From Terriglobia bacterium (GTDB lineage Bacteria; Acidobacteriota; Terriglobia; 20CM-2-55-15), in NCBI GenBank assembly GCA_965198225.1, contig CBDAOY010000006.1:608001-672000 (forward strand): a stretch of 64,000 nucleotides of DNA. Direction: 5' to 3'. Shown here piece by piece: positions 10,629-19,787 of this stretch; positions within the stretch are counted from its first letter, which is position 1; every line of letters begins with the position of its first letter. Both the position numbers and the translations under genes were made by a program. The notes below the pieces were generated by a model. The model was not told where the DNA came from and did no database searches. It saw nothing but the letters and a program-made list of their open reading frames with translations.

Positions 10629-11794
10629 GCCGGCCCGCCGTCGAGGTGGCCGACATCGTCCGCGCCCGGGTTCGAGGTTTCCTCCAGCGTCACCGCCTCG
10701 GCATCCAGAAGCTCAAGGTCCTGCGCGCCATCCTGAACTGTCGTACTGCGGCTCTGGGTGGCCACATCGACCGGTGTGCCGATTGTGGCCGGGAGTCCGG
10801 AATCTCGTTCAACTCCTGCCGCAACCGCCACTGCCCGAAGTGTCAGACCCAGGCCCGACGACGGTGGCTCGAAGCACGAGAAGCCGAACTGCTGCCCACC
10901 CCCTACTTCCACGTCGTGTTCACCGTCCCGCACCAGTTCCATCCGTTCTTCTTCCACAACCCTGCCCTACTCTACAGCCTGCTGTTTCGCAGCGTGGCCG
11001 ACACGATGATCGAGGTGGCGGCCAATCCGAAACGACTCGGCGCCCGGATCGGCTTCTTCGGCATCCTGCATACCTGGAGTCAGAACCTGGAGTTCCATCC
11101 CCACATCCACTGCGTGGTACCGGCCGGCGGACTGGCTCCGGATCAGTCCCGTTGGATTCCGGGTTCTGGGCGCTTCTTCCTCCCCAAGCAGGTGCTCGCC
11201 CGAGTCTTCCGTGGCAAGTTCATCGACGGGCTCGGGCGAGCGATCGCCGACGGTTCGCTCGAACTGTCCGGCTCGATTCGACCCTTCGGCGAACCGCAAC
11301 ACTTTCGGCGGTTCCGCCGCCAGATCCATTCCCGCAACTGGGTCGTCTATATCAAACGACCCTTTGGTGGCCCCGAACAGGTGCTCCGCTACCTGGGCCG
11401 CTACACCCATCGGGTCGCCATCTCCAACCATCGATTGATCTCGTTTGACGGTAACCGGGTCCGGTTCCGTTGGCGGGATTACCGCAATGGCAACAAGAGT
11501 CGCATCATGACACTCGCGGCCGACGAGTTCATCCGACGGTTCTTATTGCACGTTCTGCCGAAGGGCTTCGTCCGCATCCGACACTTCGGATTCATGGCCA
11601 ACTACCGCCGGTCGGCCGCCTTCGCTCTCTGTCGCCAACTCCTCGATGCCATGCCGAGGGTCGAATCTGACGAAACCACCACCTCGAACTCTTCCTGGTC
11701 GTGTCCGCACTGTCAGGGACCGATGACTCTCATCCAACGCTTCACCGCTCTGCAACTCGTAGCGAGGCTCGCCTTCCAATGCGATACGTCCTAA
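10625..11794 (+). CDS. IS91-family (Y2 HUH) transposase with Zn-binding domain
   Basis: NSCRNRHCPKC Zn motif, HPHIH HUH motif, YLGRY, RIRHFG, C-terminal CPHC. Confidence 0.93.
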   Translation: MSRPAVEVADIVRARVRGFLQRHRLGIQKLKVLRAILNCRTAALGGHIDRCADCGRESGISFNSCRNRHCPKCQTQARRRWLEAREAELLPTPYFHVVFTVPHQFHPFFFHNPALLYSLLFRSVADTMIEVAANPKRLGARIGFFGILHTWSQNLEFHPHIHCVVPAGGLAPDQSRWIPGSGRFFLPKQVLARVFRGKFIDGLGRAIADGSLELSGSIRPFGEPQHFRRFRRQIHSRNWVVYIKRPFGGPEQVLRYLGRYTHRVAISNHRLISFDGNRVRFRWRDYRNGNKSRIMTLAADEFIRRFLLHVLPKGFVRIRHFGFMANYRRSAAFALCRQLLDAMPRVESDETTTSNSSWSCPHCQGPMTLIQRFTALQLVARLAFQCDTS

Positions 11795-12216
11795 TCCTCC
11801 TTCACAAACCGACGACCGACGTGCGGTTCAGCCACGTCCTCGCCGGAGTGTGCCTCCGCTGCAAAATCCCCTCAGATCCCGTCCTTTCAACCCACCGATT
11901 CCCCGACCCAACTGCTTTCCGATTCACACCATCGACGCGGTCATCGACCGCCGGTCCCCCTCCTCGCCCCAACGCCACTCCAGATCCGGCCCGCTTCCGG
12001 CTACTTTCTCCATAGCCCACCGCGTCCGCCGCATTCGGCCAGCGCCCTCCTTCAAGTCTTGTTATCGAAACTGCCGCGGTGGGAACTTCTCGCTCATCCT
12101 GTGGCCGCGCTCGCCGCGGCACTTCCGATGAACGCTAACGACTATACGCCCGAGTGACTGCCTGCATGCCGGCCAAGCCGGCTCCAGCCGCTTGTTATCC
12201 GCCGTCCTCCGTACCG

Positions 12217-12759
12217 CTACGACGATCTCCTCTGGAACCACCGCAACACCGCGTTGACCCTGGCGGCGGTTCGGCCCTCGACCTCGAGCACCTCGATACC
12301 GAGCCCGAGGGAATCCTCAATGAGGACCTCCCTCAGCACCTCGTCCACCAATTCTCTCGAGTGGTCCTGGAGCTCAGCAGACGCCAACCCTATGCGGTCG
12401 TACTCCTCGATGGGAACGAAGACTAAGAAATCGAGCGTCTGAAGAGCACGCTGCACTCGAGGGCGCCAATCCTCGATGGCAAAGGCTTCGGCCTCAGGAT
12501 GCACTGAAATGTAGCCGATAAGATCGAGTGGGCATCGGTCAAAAATTGCATTGGTGCGCCGCTCGCTGAGCAACTGGAGGGAAAGCGCCAGCTGCGCCTC
12601 GAAGTCTGCCAGCGCTGGCGGATGCGAGAACTCGTATCCGTCCTCAAGCATCAACTCATACGGTTCAGCGATCGCGGAATGGTCGGGCAAGTGCAAGCAG
12701 AGTTCCTCAACCAGGGTGGACTTTCCCGTACGGTGGGTGCCAGACACAGCAATGCGCAT
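12217..12759 (-). CDS. Small P-loop ATPase/kinase (AAA_28/NadR-like)
   Basis: N-terminal 'IAVSGTHRTGKST' Walker A and a 'IFDRCPLD' motif. Confidence 0.85.
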   Translation of the reverse strand: MRIAVSGTHRTGKSTLVEELCLHLPDHSAIAEPYELMLEDGYEFSHPPALADFEAQLALSLQLLSERRTNAIFDRCPLDLIGYISVHPEAEAFAIEDWRPRVQRALQTLDFLVFVPIEEYDRIGLASAELQDHSRELVDEVLREVLIEDSLGLGIEVLEVEGRTAARVNAVLRWFQRRSS

Positions 12760-12838
12760 ACGGAGTGCAAGTGTATCGCTCTACGTTTCAATCCTGAGAG
12801 GAATCGGGCGAGAGCCGGCGCGATGTACTCTTGCAGGA

Positions 12839-12879
12839 ATCCTCATCTCCGTGAAGGCGATCTACACGTCCATGTGGAT
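12839..12879. repeat. Junction palindromic site (41 bp)
   Basis: ATCCTC-ATCTC-CGTGAAGGCGATCTACACG-TCCAT-GTGGAT. Confidence 0.75.
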
Positions 12880-13047
12880 TGAACACTCCGGCGAACTGAG
12901 ATGTCTGGTGGGGTGAGAAGGCTCGCACAGCGAGGGCCAGGGCCTTCGCACCTCAGCCCGATCGTGACTGCGGTCGGCCGTGGTGTTCATTGTCGAAACG
13001 AAAGATAGGATGATTCGGGTGTTTCGACACGTACTATTGTTGAGAAC

Positions 13048-13659
13048 ATGACTGGCCTCTTTGAATCTGAAGAAAACGTCCGTTTGGCAGGCCTGCTGTT
13101 CGGACTGTTCCTTTCCACGCTCTTCTCCTTCGTCGGCTACCTGGTGGCGTACCGGAAGCACTACAACTTGATATCCGGCTATAACCGCGCCCCGCAGGCG
13201 GTGAGGGATTGCTACGACATTGAAGGACTCTCGAAGCACTTGGGGGATGGGCTTATTACCCTCGCGGTCCTTCTGACGATTAGTTCAGTGCTGTTCTGGT
13301 TCGGCGTCGACGGCTGGATGACGGGCGTGATGGGGCTGTTCACCTTCGTCACGCTCATCATCCTGATCGGGACGCGCAAGTTCATGCCCGCCCGTCGAAT
13401 GCTGGCCGAGCGCTCCCCCTCGGATGCGAAACACGCCTTCCTATATTCGGTGATGCCCACCCGAGCGTACAGGGCCATGGAAGAGGGATCGCGCAAGTGG
13501 CAGCAGGAATGTCGGACCTGCGGACACGCACAGGACTACTGGGAGGCCGGAGGGGTTCGATACAAAGCGGTCGGGAAAAAATCTCAGATAGGTTTTTGCG
13601 AGCGGTGCGGGAAACTGCGATGGCACAGGATTCGGAAGAAACCGGCGTTCAGAACATGA
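13048..13659 (+). CDS. DUF3784-like membrane protein with a C-terminal Cys4 zinc ribbon
   Basis: 'LISGYN' motif, three hydrophobic helices, then CRTC...CERC. Confidence 0.7.
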   Translation: MTGLFESEENVRLAGLLFGLFLSTLFSFVGYLVAYRKHYNLISGYNRAPQAVRDCYDIEGLSKHLGDGLITLAVLLTISSVLFWFGVDGWMTGVMGLFTFVTLIILIGTRKFMPARRMLAERSPSDAKHAFLYSVMPTRAYRAMEEGSRKWQQECRTCGHAQDYWEAGGVRYKAVGKKSQIGFCERCGKLRWHRIRKKPAFRT

Positions 13660-13783
13660 ATGGCCTACTTCAGTAGATCTTACATCGCTCACGCTGAGCT
13701 GGCAGTTGGCTGCTCATGGCTGCCTCGGACATCCACGGAGGAGTGATGGCACCAGGCGGACCCTCTTGTTGCAAATCGACGAA

Positions 13784-15133
13784 TTATTCGAGTCGAGCCA
13801 GCACAGGTGATGGCATGGTGCGAGCCTTGAATCTGTTCATTAGAAAAAGGTAGGACGGGAACGTGACAATCAGGCCGACCATCCATGAATAGTTGAGGAA
13901 TATGAGGGCGACACCTGCGCCCACGAACATGCTGATGAAAGCGATGGGATTGAAGCCGGCTCGGAACCAGAACGGGCTCTTTGTGGAGGTATCGAACAGC
14001 CCTTCGACGTCTACCTTCCGACGATTGAGCACCCAGTAGTCGGCCAGCATGATTGCGAGAATGGGTCCCAGGAAAGCGGAATAGAGGATGATGAAAAACT
14101 GAAAGTTCCCGCTGTCCAGCAACATCCATGGGAACGTCAGGCTGGCGGCCGCTCCCACAACAATGACGGCGGCGCCCCAACTCATTCCGGTGAGATCCAT
14201 CAGGACAAGCGCGGGTGGCAAAATGTTGATCGTAAGATTCGTCGTTATCTGAGCCATGGTGACGAAGAACAACAGCACAATGCTGAGCACAAGACCCGGA
14301 GACATGTCCATGAGCGCATCGATTGGATTCCAGGTACCGACGCTCGATGCTGCCATGATTCCGAAAACCGTCATGGCAATCAGCGGTGGATTAATGCCGA
14401 TGGCATGGCCAACCCAGTTTGTGGATGGCCGATTCTCGACATACCGGGTCAGGTCCGAGATGCTGATCATCTCGGTCGACACGATTCCCACGGCGGTGTT
14501 CAATGCAAACAGAAAAGGCAAGCCCCACGATCCTGGAAAGTTCCACGACTGCTCGATTTGCACGCCGTGGACCCCGAACAGCCGGGACATCATCCAGCCC
14601 ATGATGGCGAAGATCACGATCGCCATGGATGACTCGACCCATTTGATTGTCTGAATCCCGAAATACGCCAGTCCCGTCTGAAAAATCTGAAAGAGCAGGA
14701 AATAGACGGGCACACTTCCGAAACCGAATAGCTGCTGCGTAATGCTAGCGACCGCCATCGCGCCAATCCAGCTTCCGATGCCGTACCAGGCGATCGCCGG
14801 TATCGCGCGGATCGCCGCCGGAATTTTAGCGCCCCGAAGCCCAAAGCTCGACCTCAACTGAACTGCATAGGCCAGTCCGTGCCGTTGACCGAACATTCCG
14901 TTCAGGCTGAACACCAGGGTGACAATCAAGCCCGTCACCACAACAACCATGATGGCCTGCGCAATGTTCAATCCGCCGTGTGGCGGCAGAAAGGACTGGC
15001 CCAGGATAAACATCTGGATGGGTTTCAGCGAAGACCACCACAGAAAGGTATAAGTGGTCAGCGAGAAAATTCGTTCCTTGTCCGTGACCGGCAGAAAACT
15101 GGCACGCTTGCTGTCAGACTTGAGGAGGGCCAT
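13784..15133 (-). CDS. NCS1 nucleobase:cation symporter (cytosine/allantoin permease family)
   Basis: About 12 TM helices, 'LRSSFGLRGA', 'WYGIGSWIG', 'SDLTRY', 'ADYW'. Confidence 0.9.
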   Translation of the reverse strand: MALLKSDSKRASFLPVTDKERIFSLTTYTFLWWSSLKPIQMFILGQSFLPPHGGLNIAQAIMVVVVTGLIVTLVFSLNGMFGQRHGLAYAVQLRSSFGLRGAKIPAAIRAIPAIAWYGIGSWIGAMAVASITQQLFGFGSVPVYFLLFQIFQTGLAYFGIQTIKWVESSMAIVIFAIMGWMMSRLFGVHGVQIEQSWNFPGSWGLPFLFALNTAVGIVSTEMISISDLTRYVENRPSTNWVGHAIGINPPLIAMTVFGIMAASSVGTWNPIDALMDMSPGLVLSIVLLFFVTMAQITTNLTINILPPALVLMDLTGMSWGAAVIVVGAAASLTFPWMLLDSGNFQFFIILYSAFLGPILAIMLADYWVLNRRKVDVEGLFDTSTKSPFWFRAGFNPIAFISMFVGAGVALIFLNYSWMVGLIVTFPSYLFLMNRFKARTMPSPVLARLE

Positions 15134-15202
15134 GGCCGACAGGATAACAAGAGCAGAAAGCCAAGGTCTAAAAAAGGATATCGCCTTCGGTCAGGAGTCG
15201 CG

Positions 15203-17878
15203 CTACTCGGTTCTCAGCGCGACTGCTGGGTCAACTCGAGTCCCCCTTCGGGCCGGCACGTACACCGCGAACAGCGCGGTGGCGGCAAGGAGGCCGGCAA
15301 CGGCAGCATACGTGAATGGATCTGCTGTCGACACGCCGAAGAGCAGTCCTTGCATGAGGCGAGTGAACGCCAGCGCCACCACCAGCCCGACTGCGAGTCC
15401 CAGACCAACAACATGGACTCCCTGGCCGATGACCATCGCGATCACGTCATGGCGCCTCGCTCCAAGGGCCATCCGTATCCCTATCTCTCGTGTTCGCTCA
15501 GCAACCCCGTAGGAGAAGACGCCATAGGTGCCGACGAGGGCAATCGCGATGGCCAGAACCGCAAAGAGCGACAGCAACAGGGTTGTAAACCGCGGTCGCG
15601 CAATCGAGTCTGAAAGTTTGGTTTCCATCGTCTCTAGTCGATAGATTGGCTGGTCCGGATCGATCGCGGCCACTTGCGACCGGACCGAGTTCACAAGGGA
15701 ATCGGGTGGCACCGATGCCCTGAGAACGATGGTCATGCCGCCGAACTGAAACTGCCGGGACGGTACTATGATTTCTGGCGTGTACTCCTGGCTGAAGCCG
15801 TAATGACGGACCGAACCGCTCACGCCGACGATTTGCCGTGATCGTCCGTAAAGTATGATGTGCTGCCCCAGGGGGTCCTCGTTCGGGAAAAACTCCTCGG
15901 CCATCGTCTCGTTGATCACCATCACGGACTGGGTGCCCGGTCCGTCAAACTCCGTGAAAGAGCGGCCACGGACAATGGGAATGCCCATGGTGCGAAAGTA
16001 CCCCACGGTCACGATACGGAGATTGGCCTGTCGTTCCTCGCCAGGCCGCGGACGAGGCTGTTCCTCGATCACAATAGGCAGATCGAAGTCGATGCCACCT
16101 TGATCCAGAGGCAGCGAACTGGCTGCCGCGGCGGCCTCGACTCCGGGCAGAGCTTCGATGCCGTCCAGGAGTTCCTCGAAAAACGACGCCTGTGGAGACA
16201 GCGGCGGTTCCTCGGCCGGACGTAAAGGCCGAAACTGGCCCCCGTCGGTGGGATAACGCGACTGGTCCAGAAAGATCTGTCCAGCCAGAAGGCCTTCTGG
16301 ACGGAAGCCGTAGTCCAATTCCTGTAGCTTCACAAAGCTTTGAAGCATCAAACCGGCACCCACCAGAACAACCAGTGAGAGACCGAGCTCAGCCACCACC
16401 ATGGCTGATCGACCCCGAAGTCGGCGACTCCCGGCGTAGCCCTGTGGGTCGAGCTTGATGGCACCCATAATGTCAGACCGCGAAGAACGAACAGCGGGTG
16501 TCAGGCCGAAAAGGAGTCCCGTCATGATCGACAAGAGAAGCGCGAACGCTAACATGGGTGAGTCGAGTTGGACCGTCTCGAGGCGGGGAATCGATTGGGG
16601 CCCTAATCGTACGGCTATTTCGATCAGGACCCACGCGAGTAGGACTCCGCATGCACCACCAAGAGCTGCGAGGACGAGGTTTTCAGTGAGCAGTTGCCGG
16701 ACGATTCGCATGCGGCTCGAACCCAAGGCGCTCCGTATCGCAATTTCCCTCGACCGGGCGGATGACCGTACCATGACGAGATTGGCGACGTTCGCGCAGG
16801 TAATCAAAAGAACGAAGCCTACTGCACCTGCCAGTGCCACGAGGCTCAATCGGACGTTCTCGATCATCTGTTCGTGGGCTGGCAGTACCGCCACTTCAGG
16901 GTTGCTGGTCGGCTCCTCTTCCGCGATGCGACTCGCGATGACGCCTAGCTGCTCGGCCGCCTCTTCGACCGACACATCGGGTCTGAGCTTTCCGATCACC
17001 AATAGCGTGTGGGAAAGTCGTGAGGTGAGCTCTTGAGGAGCGAGGGTCAACGGAGAGTACGTGTCGACGTTGGCGACGGTGGAAGGGAAATCGAATCCCG
17101 GCGGCATCACTCCGACCACTGTGGAGGCTCTATTGTCCAGTTCGATCGTGCTGCCGACGACCGCAAGGTCGGACTGGAAACGCCGACGCCAAAAGCGATG
17201 TCCCAGAACCACGACGGGCTCGTTTCGATCCAACTCCTGTCGGGTAAACGTCCGCCCGAAAAGCGGCTCGGCGCCAAGCACCCTAAAGAGGTTCGCCGTT
17301 GACGTGAGGGTCGTCAGCTGCTCTGCTTCACCGACTCCCGTAAGGGCAAAGCCTTCGGTGCGGTAGGCGGCCAAATTCTCGAACCGATCCGCTCCAGCGA
17401 CCCAGTCCTGGAGATTCCTCGGCGCCACCGGGTCACGATCCTTACCGGTCTGGCTGTTGCGCTCCCAAACTACGACAAGGCGTTCCGGATCGGTGTACGG
17501 CAAGGGTTTCAGCAGCACGTGGTTGACTATCGTGAATACGGCAGTATTCGATCCAATACCGATCGCCAGCGTCAAGATTGCGAGGACGGCATAGGCGCGG
17601 TTCCGGATCAAGAGTCGTCCGCCGCTTCGCAAGTCCTGGCAAAGATCGCCCACCCAATGAAGCGGCCTGGCCTCCCGCACCCACTCCTTCGTCTGTTCGA
17701 CACCCCCCATTCGGAGGCGGGCTTCCCGTTGTGCTTCTGCTCTGTTCCAGCCCTGCTGAACCAGGTCGTCGGCCTCCATCTCCAGATGGAGACGCACTTC
17801 CTCGGCCAGTTCCGACTCCACGTCTTGATTGCGGAACAAGATCCGCAGTCTGCGTGTCACTCGATCGAGCAATGGCAT
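15203..17878 (-). CDS. Duplicated MacB/FtsX-type ABC permease (ADOP family)
   Basis: Permease prefix 'EEVRLHLE', two 'REIAIR/REIGIRMALGA' motifs, C-terminal 'RVDPAVALRTE'. Lies downstream of PadR. Confidence 0.92.
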   Translation of the reverse strand: MPLLDRVTRRLRILFRNQDVESELAEEVRLHLEMEADDLVQQGWNRAEAQREARLRMGGVEQTKEWVREARPLHWVGDLCQDLRSGGRLLIRNRAYAVLAILTLAIGIGSNTAVFTIVNHVLLKPLPYTDPERLVVVWERNSQTGKDRDPVAPRNLQDWVAGADRFENLAAYRTEGFALTGVGEAEQLTTLTSTANLFRVLGAEPLFGRTFTRQELDRNEPVVVLGHRFWRRRFQSDLAVVGSTIELDNRASTVVGVMPPGFDFPSTVANVDTYSPLTLAPQELTSRLSHTLLVIGKLRPDVSVEEAAEQLGVIASRIAEEEPTSNPEVAVLPAHEQMIENVRLSLVALAGAVGFVLLITCANVANLVMVRSSARSREIAIRSALGSSRMRIVRQLLTENLVLAALGGACGVLLAWVLIEIAVRLGPQSIPRLETVQLDSPMLAFALLLSIMTGLLFGLTPAVRSSRSDIMGAIKLDPQGYAGSRRLRGRSAMVVAELGLSLVVLVGAGLMLQSFVKLQELDYGFRPEGLLAGQIFLDQSRYPTDGGQFRPLRPAEEPPLSPQASFFEELLDGIEALPGVEAAAAASSLPLDQGGIDFDLPIVIEEQPRPRPGEERQANLRIVTVGYFRTMGIPIVRGRSFTEFDGPGTQSVMVINETMAEEFFPNEDPLGQHIILYGRSRQIVGVSGSVRHYGFSQEYTPEIIVPSRQFQFGGMTIVLRASVPPDSLVNSVRSQVAAIDPDQPIYRLETMETKLSDSIARPRFTTLLLSLFAVLAIAIALVGTYGVFSYGVAERTREIGIRMALGARRHDVIAMVIGQGVHVVGLGLAVGLVVALAFTRLMQGLLFGVSTADPFTYAAVAGLLAATALFAVYVPARRGTRVDPAVALRTE

Positions 17879-17907
17879 CAACGTGCTCCTGTCATCACTT
17901 TCTTCGC

Positions 17908-18240
17908 TCAGCCAGCCTGCAGTGTATGACCGACCGCTGCTGAAAACAGCCGCCATCGCTCTCGTTCGTCGGCGAACTGCTTGCGGCCCACCTTCGTCAG
18001 TCGATAGAACTTGGCCCGACGCCCTTCATCAGAAGTCCCCCAGTTGGCGCATACGAATCCGCGGTCCTCCAAACGGTGCAGCGCCGGATACAAGGAGCCT
18101 TGGTTTACCTCGAGGACGTCCCTGGACATGTCGCGAATCCGCTTCGAAATGCCCCATCCGTGGAGGGGGCCCAGGGTTAGTGCTTTCAGGATCAGGAGGT
18201 CGAGCGTGCCTTGGAGCAAATCCGCCTTGGGTCTGGGCAT
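17908..18240 (-). CDS. PadR family transcriptional regulator (acidobacterial type)
   Basis: 'LLQGTLDLLILK...LHGWGI...GSLYPALHRLE...RRAKFYRLT'. Confidence 0.93.
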   Translation of the reverse strand: MPRPKADLLQGTLDLLILKALTLGPLHGWGISKRIRDMSRDVLEVNQGSLYPALHRLEDRGFVCANWGTSDEGRRAKFYRLTKVGRKQFADERERWRLFSAAVGHTLQAG

Positions 18241-18263
18241 GGTGTGTCCCCGTTCCGTGTCTG

Positions 18264-18299
18264 TGTTGTCGATTATTAATGCCTTGCCATTCGACAACA
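18264..18299. promoter_or_regulatory. Inverted repeat upstream of padR, candidate autoregulatory operator
   Basis: TGTTGTCGA-N18-TCGACAACA. Confidence 0.5.
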
Positions 18300-18613
18300 T
18301 AATAGACCCGAGTATCGATTGAGTCAAAGGACACAAGTAGCGGGAATCAAGAAAACGGGTCTTCCCTTCGCGATGGACGATTGGATGCTAAAGCCGCAAC
18401 TGGATTCTGCCGCATCGAATTGAAGGCATCGTTTGCGATCCAGAAGTCGCCATCTGGGAAGTCGAGACCAGATCGGTAAACGCTTCGGCGTTTTGTCGCG
18501 GGTAATCCGAGAGTCGAATGGAGCTTTGAGCTTGACCTTGTACCAGCCGAAGCGTAGCGTCGAAGAAGCGGATTCACGTCGGACTCCTGTGTTGGAGCCT
18601 CGTGTCCCTTCTT

Positions 18614-18683
18614 GGAAAGTAGTTGGTTTCCCGCTGCCAACCCCTCTCTTTCCCGCAAGGTTCTCGAAGGTCCCTACAGACAA
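18614..18683 (+). promoter_or_regulatory. Conserved structured 5' leader of RRM gene 1
   Basis: GGAAAG...CTTTCC stem followed by CGCAAGGTTCTCGAAGGTCCCTACAGACAA. Homologous to 19717-19787 on the minus strand. Confidence 0.7.
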
Positions 18684-18704
18684 CGCCATCTTGGGGGACT
18701 GTCT

Positions 18705-19001
18705 GTGACTACGAGACTCTACGTCGGAAACCTGTCGCCCGAAACGACTCCAGACGATTTGAACAGCCCATTCGGACAGGTGTCCAGAGTGGTCCCCATC
18801 GACGTCGTAGCTCGGCCGGGCACCGGCCCTTCCCGCGGGTTTGCCTTCGTGGAGATCGACGCAACAAGCCCTGGGGACGTGATCTCCAAACTGAACATCA
18901 CCGAACTTGACGGGCGACGACTGAGGGTCAGGACACAACCCAGGTCTTCTACAGTAGTCGTCCGGGACACCCCTCGACGTGGCCAGGCACATGAACAGTA
19001 A
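18705..19001 (+). CDS. RRM (RNP-1) RNA-binding protein, divergent
   Basis: RNP2 LYVGNL and RNP1 RGFAFVE. GTG start. Confidence 0.8.
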   Translation: MTTRLYVGNLSPETTPDDLNSPFGQVSRVVPIDVVARPGTGPSRGFAFVEIDATSPGDVISKLNITELDGRRLRVRTQPRSSTVVVRDTPRRGQAHEQ

Positions 19002-19293
19002 GGGCACCGTGCGCTACGTGGGATACGGGGTGTTACCGGACGGTGGACGGGGATTCAATTTTTCATTTGAGGAGACGGGGACATCGGCGACGTTTATCAC
19101 GGTCGAAGCGCCCATGTCGCTCTTCACTGGAACCGATCGTCTCGCCATCCAGGAAGGTGCCCCCATCTGCTATGAAACTTTGAAGTGGCGAGTCGAAAAC
19201 GACTCCGGGAGGTTGCCTTCCCGGCTCACCCTGACGTCTGCTGACGTCGCTCAACACCGAAAGATCACGAAACCGTATGGCCGCAAGCGTTGA
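18991..19293 (+). CDS. Small hypothetical protein (paralog at 23741-24066)
   Basis: 100 aa, overlaps the RRM stop. Shares RYVG..., DR..xQE.A.ICY, LTxxD with the paralog. Confidence 0.75.
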   Translation: MNSKGTVRYVGYGVLPDGGRGFNFSFEETGTSATFITVEAPMSLFTGTDRLAIQEGAPICYETLKWRVENDSGRLPSRLTLTSADVAQHRKITKPYGRKR

Positions 19294-19407
19294 GGTCGGC
19301 TTTCCAGGCATCGGTGGTGAGAAACGAGCGTCTCCCTGTCTCCTGGCGAGCCCGCAGCGTGAGGCAACTACAGCGAGCGGCCTCGCCCTGCCTGCCTGGC
19401 TAAGCTT

Positions 19408-19701
19408 TCAGTAGCGTCCGTAGCCGCCGCGACCACCTCCGCCACTCTGGCGATTGGTTTGAGGTCGGGCTTCGTTAACCGTCAGTGCCCGGCCGTCCAG
19501 ATCAGTTCCGTTGAACTGTGAAATCGCTTTCTCGGCGTTTTCGGCACTCATCTCCACAAAACCGAAGCCTCGGGATCAGCCGGTGTCCCGGTCGGTAATG
19601 ATCCGGACCGATTCGACCACGCCGGCCTGCGCAAACAGGCTGTCGAGATCGCCTTCCGTCGTCTGGAACGACAGATTTCCAACGTACAATTTTTGGGTCA
19701 T
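19408..19701 (-). pseudogene. RRM RNA-binding protein with an in-frame TGA at codon 42 (absent from ORF track)
   Basis: [50 protein letters not shown]...[10 protein letters not shown]...[14 protein letters not shown] at 19576-19578 where Arg is expected. Confidence 0.9.
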
Positions 19702-19716
19702 TGAACTTCCTTGAAT

Positions 19717-19787
19717 TTGTCTGTAGAGGGACTTCGAGAGCTTTGCGGGAAAGGAGGGTCGGCAAACAGGATCGATCTACTTTCCGA
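19717..19787 (-). promoter_or_regulatory. Conserved structured 5' leader of RRM gene 2
   Basis: GGAAAG...CTTTCC stem followed by CGCAAAGCTCTCGAAGTCCCTCTACAGACAA. Confidence 0.7.

Larger units (their letters stand above)
9645..12138 (+). mobile_element. IS91-like element carrying an upstream tyrosine recombinase (copy E1)
   Basis: Recombinase and HUH transposase overlap at ATGA. Flanked by CGACT direct repeats (9640-9644, 12139-12143). Imperfect terminal hairpin 12064-12129. Confidence 0.8.

Noticed and set aside
12131-12203. attC-like start (GGATAAC AAGCG GCTGGAGC, minus strand) after the ATPase gene
   Set aside because: No matching L'/R' arm and no true IntI in the window. At most a half-site relic.
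12862-12879. The motif read as a peptide end (IHMDV*)
   Set aside because: The reading frame is not conserved between copies, and the motif occurs as inverted pairs, so it acts at the DNA level.
13687-13712. GCTGAGCT-GGCA-GTTGGCT, resembling an attC right arm
   Set aside because: No complementary left arm and it does not fit GTTRRRY.
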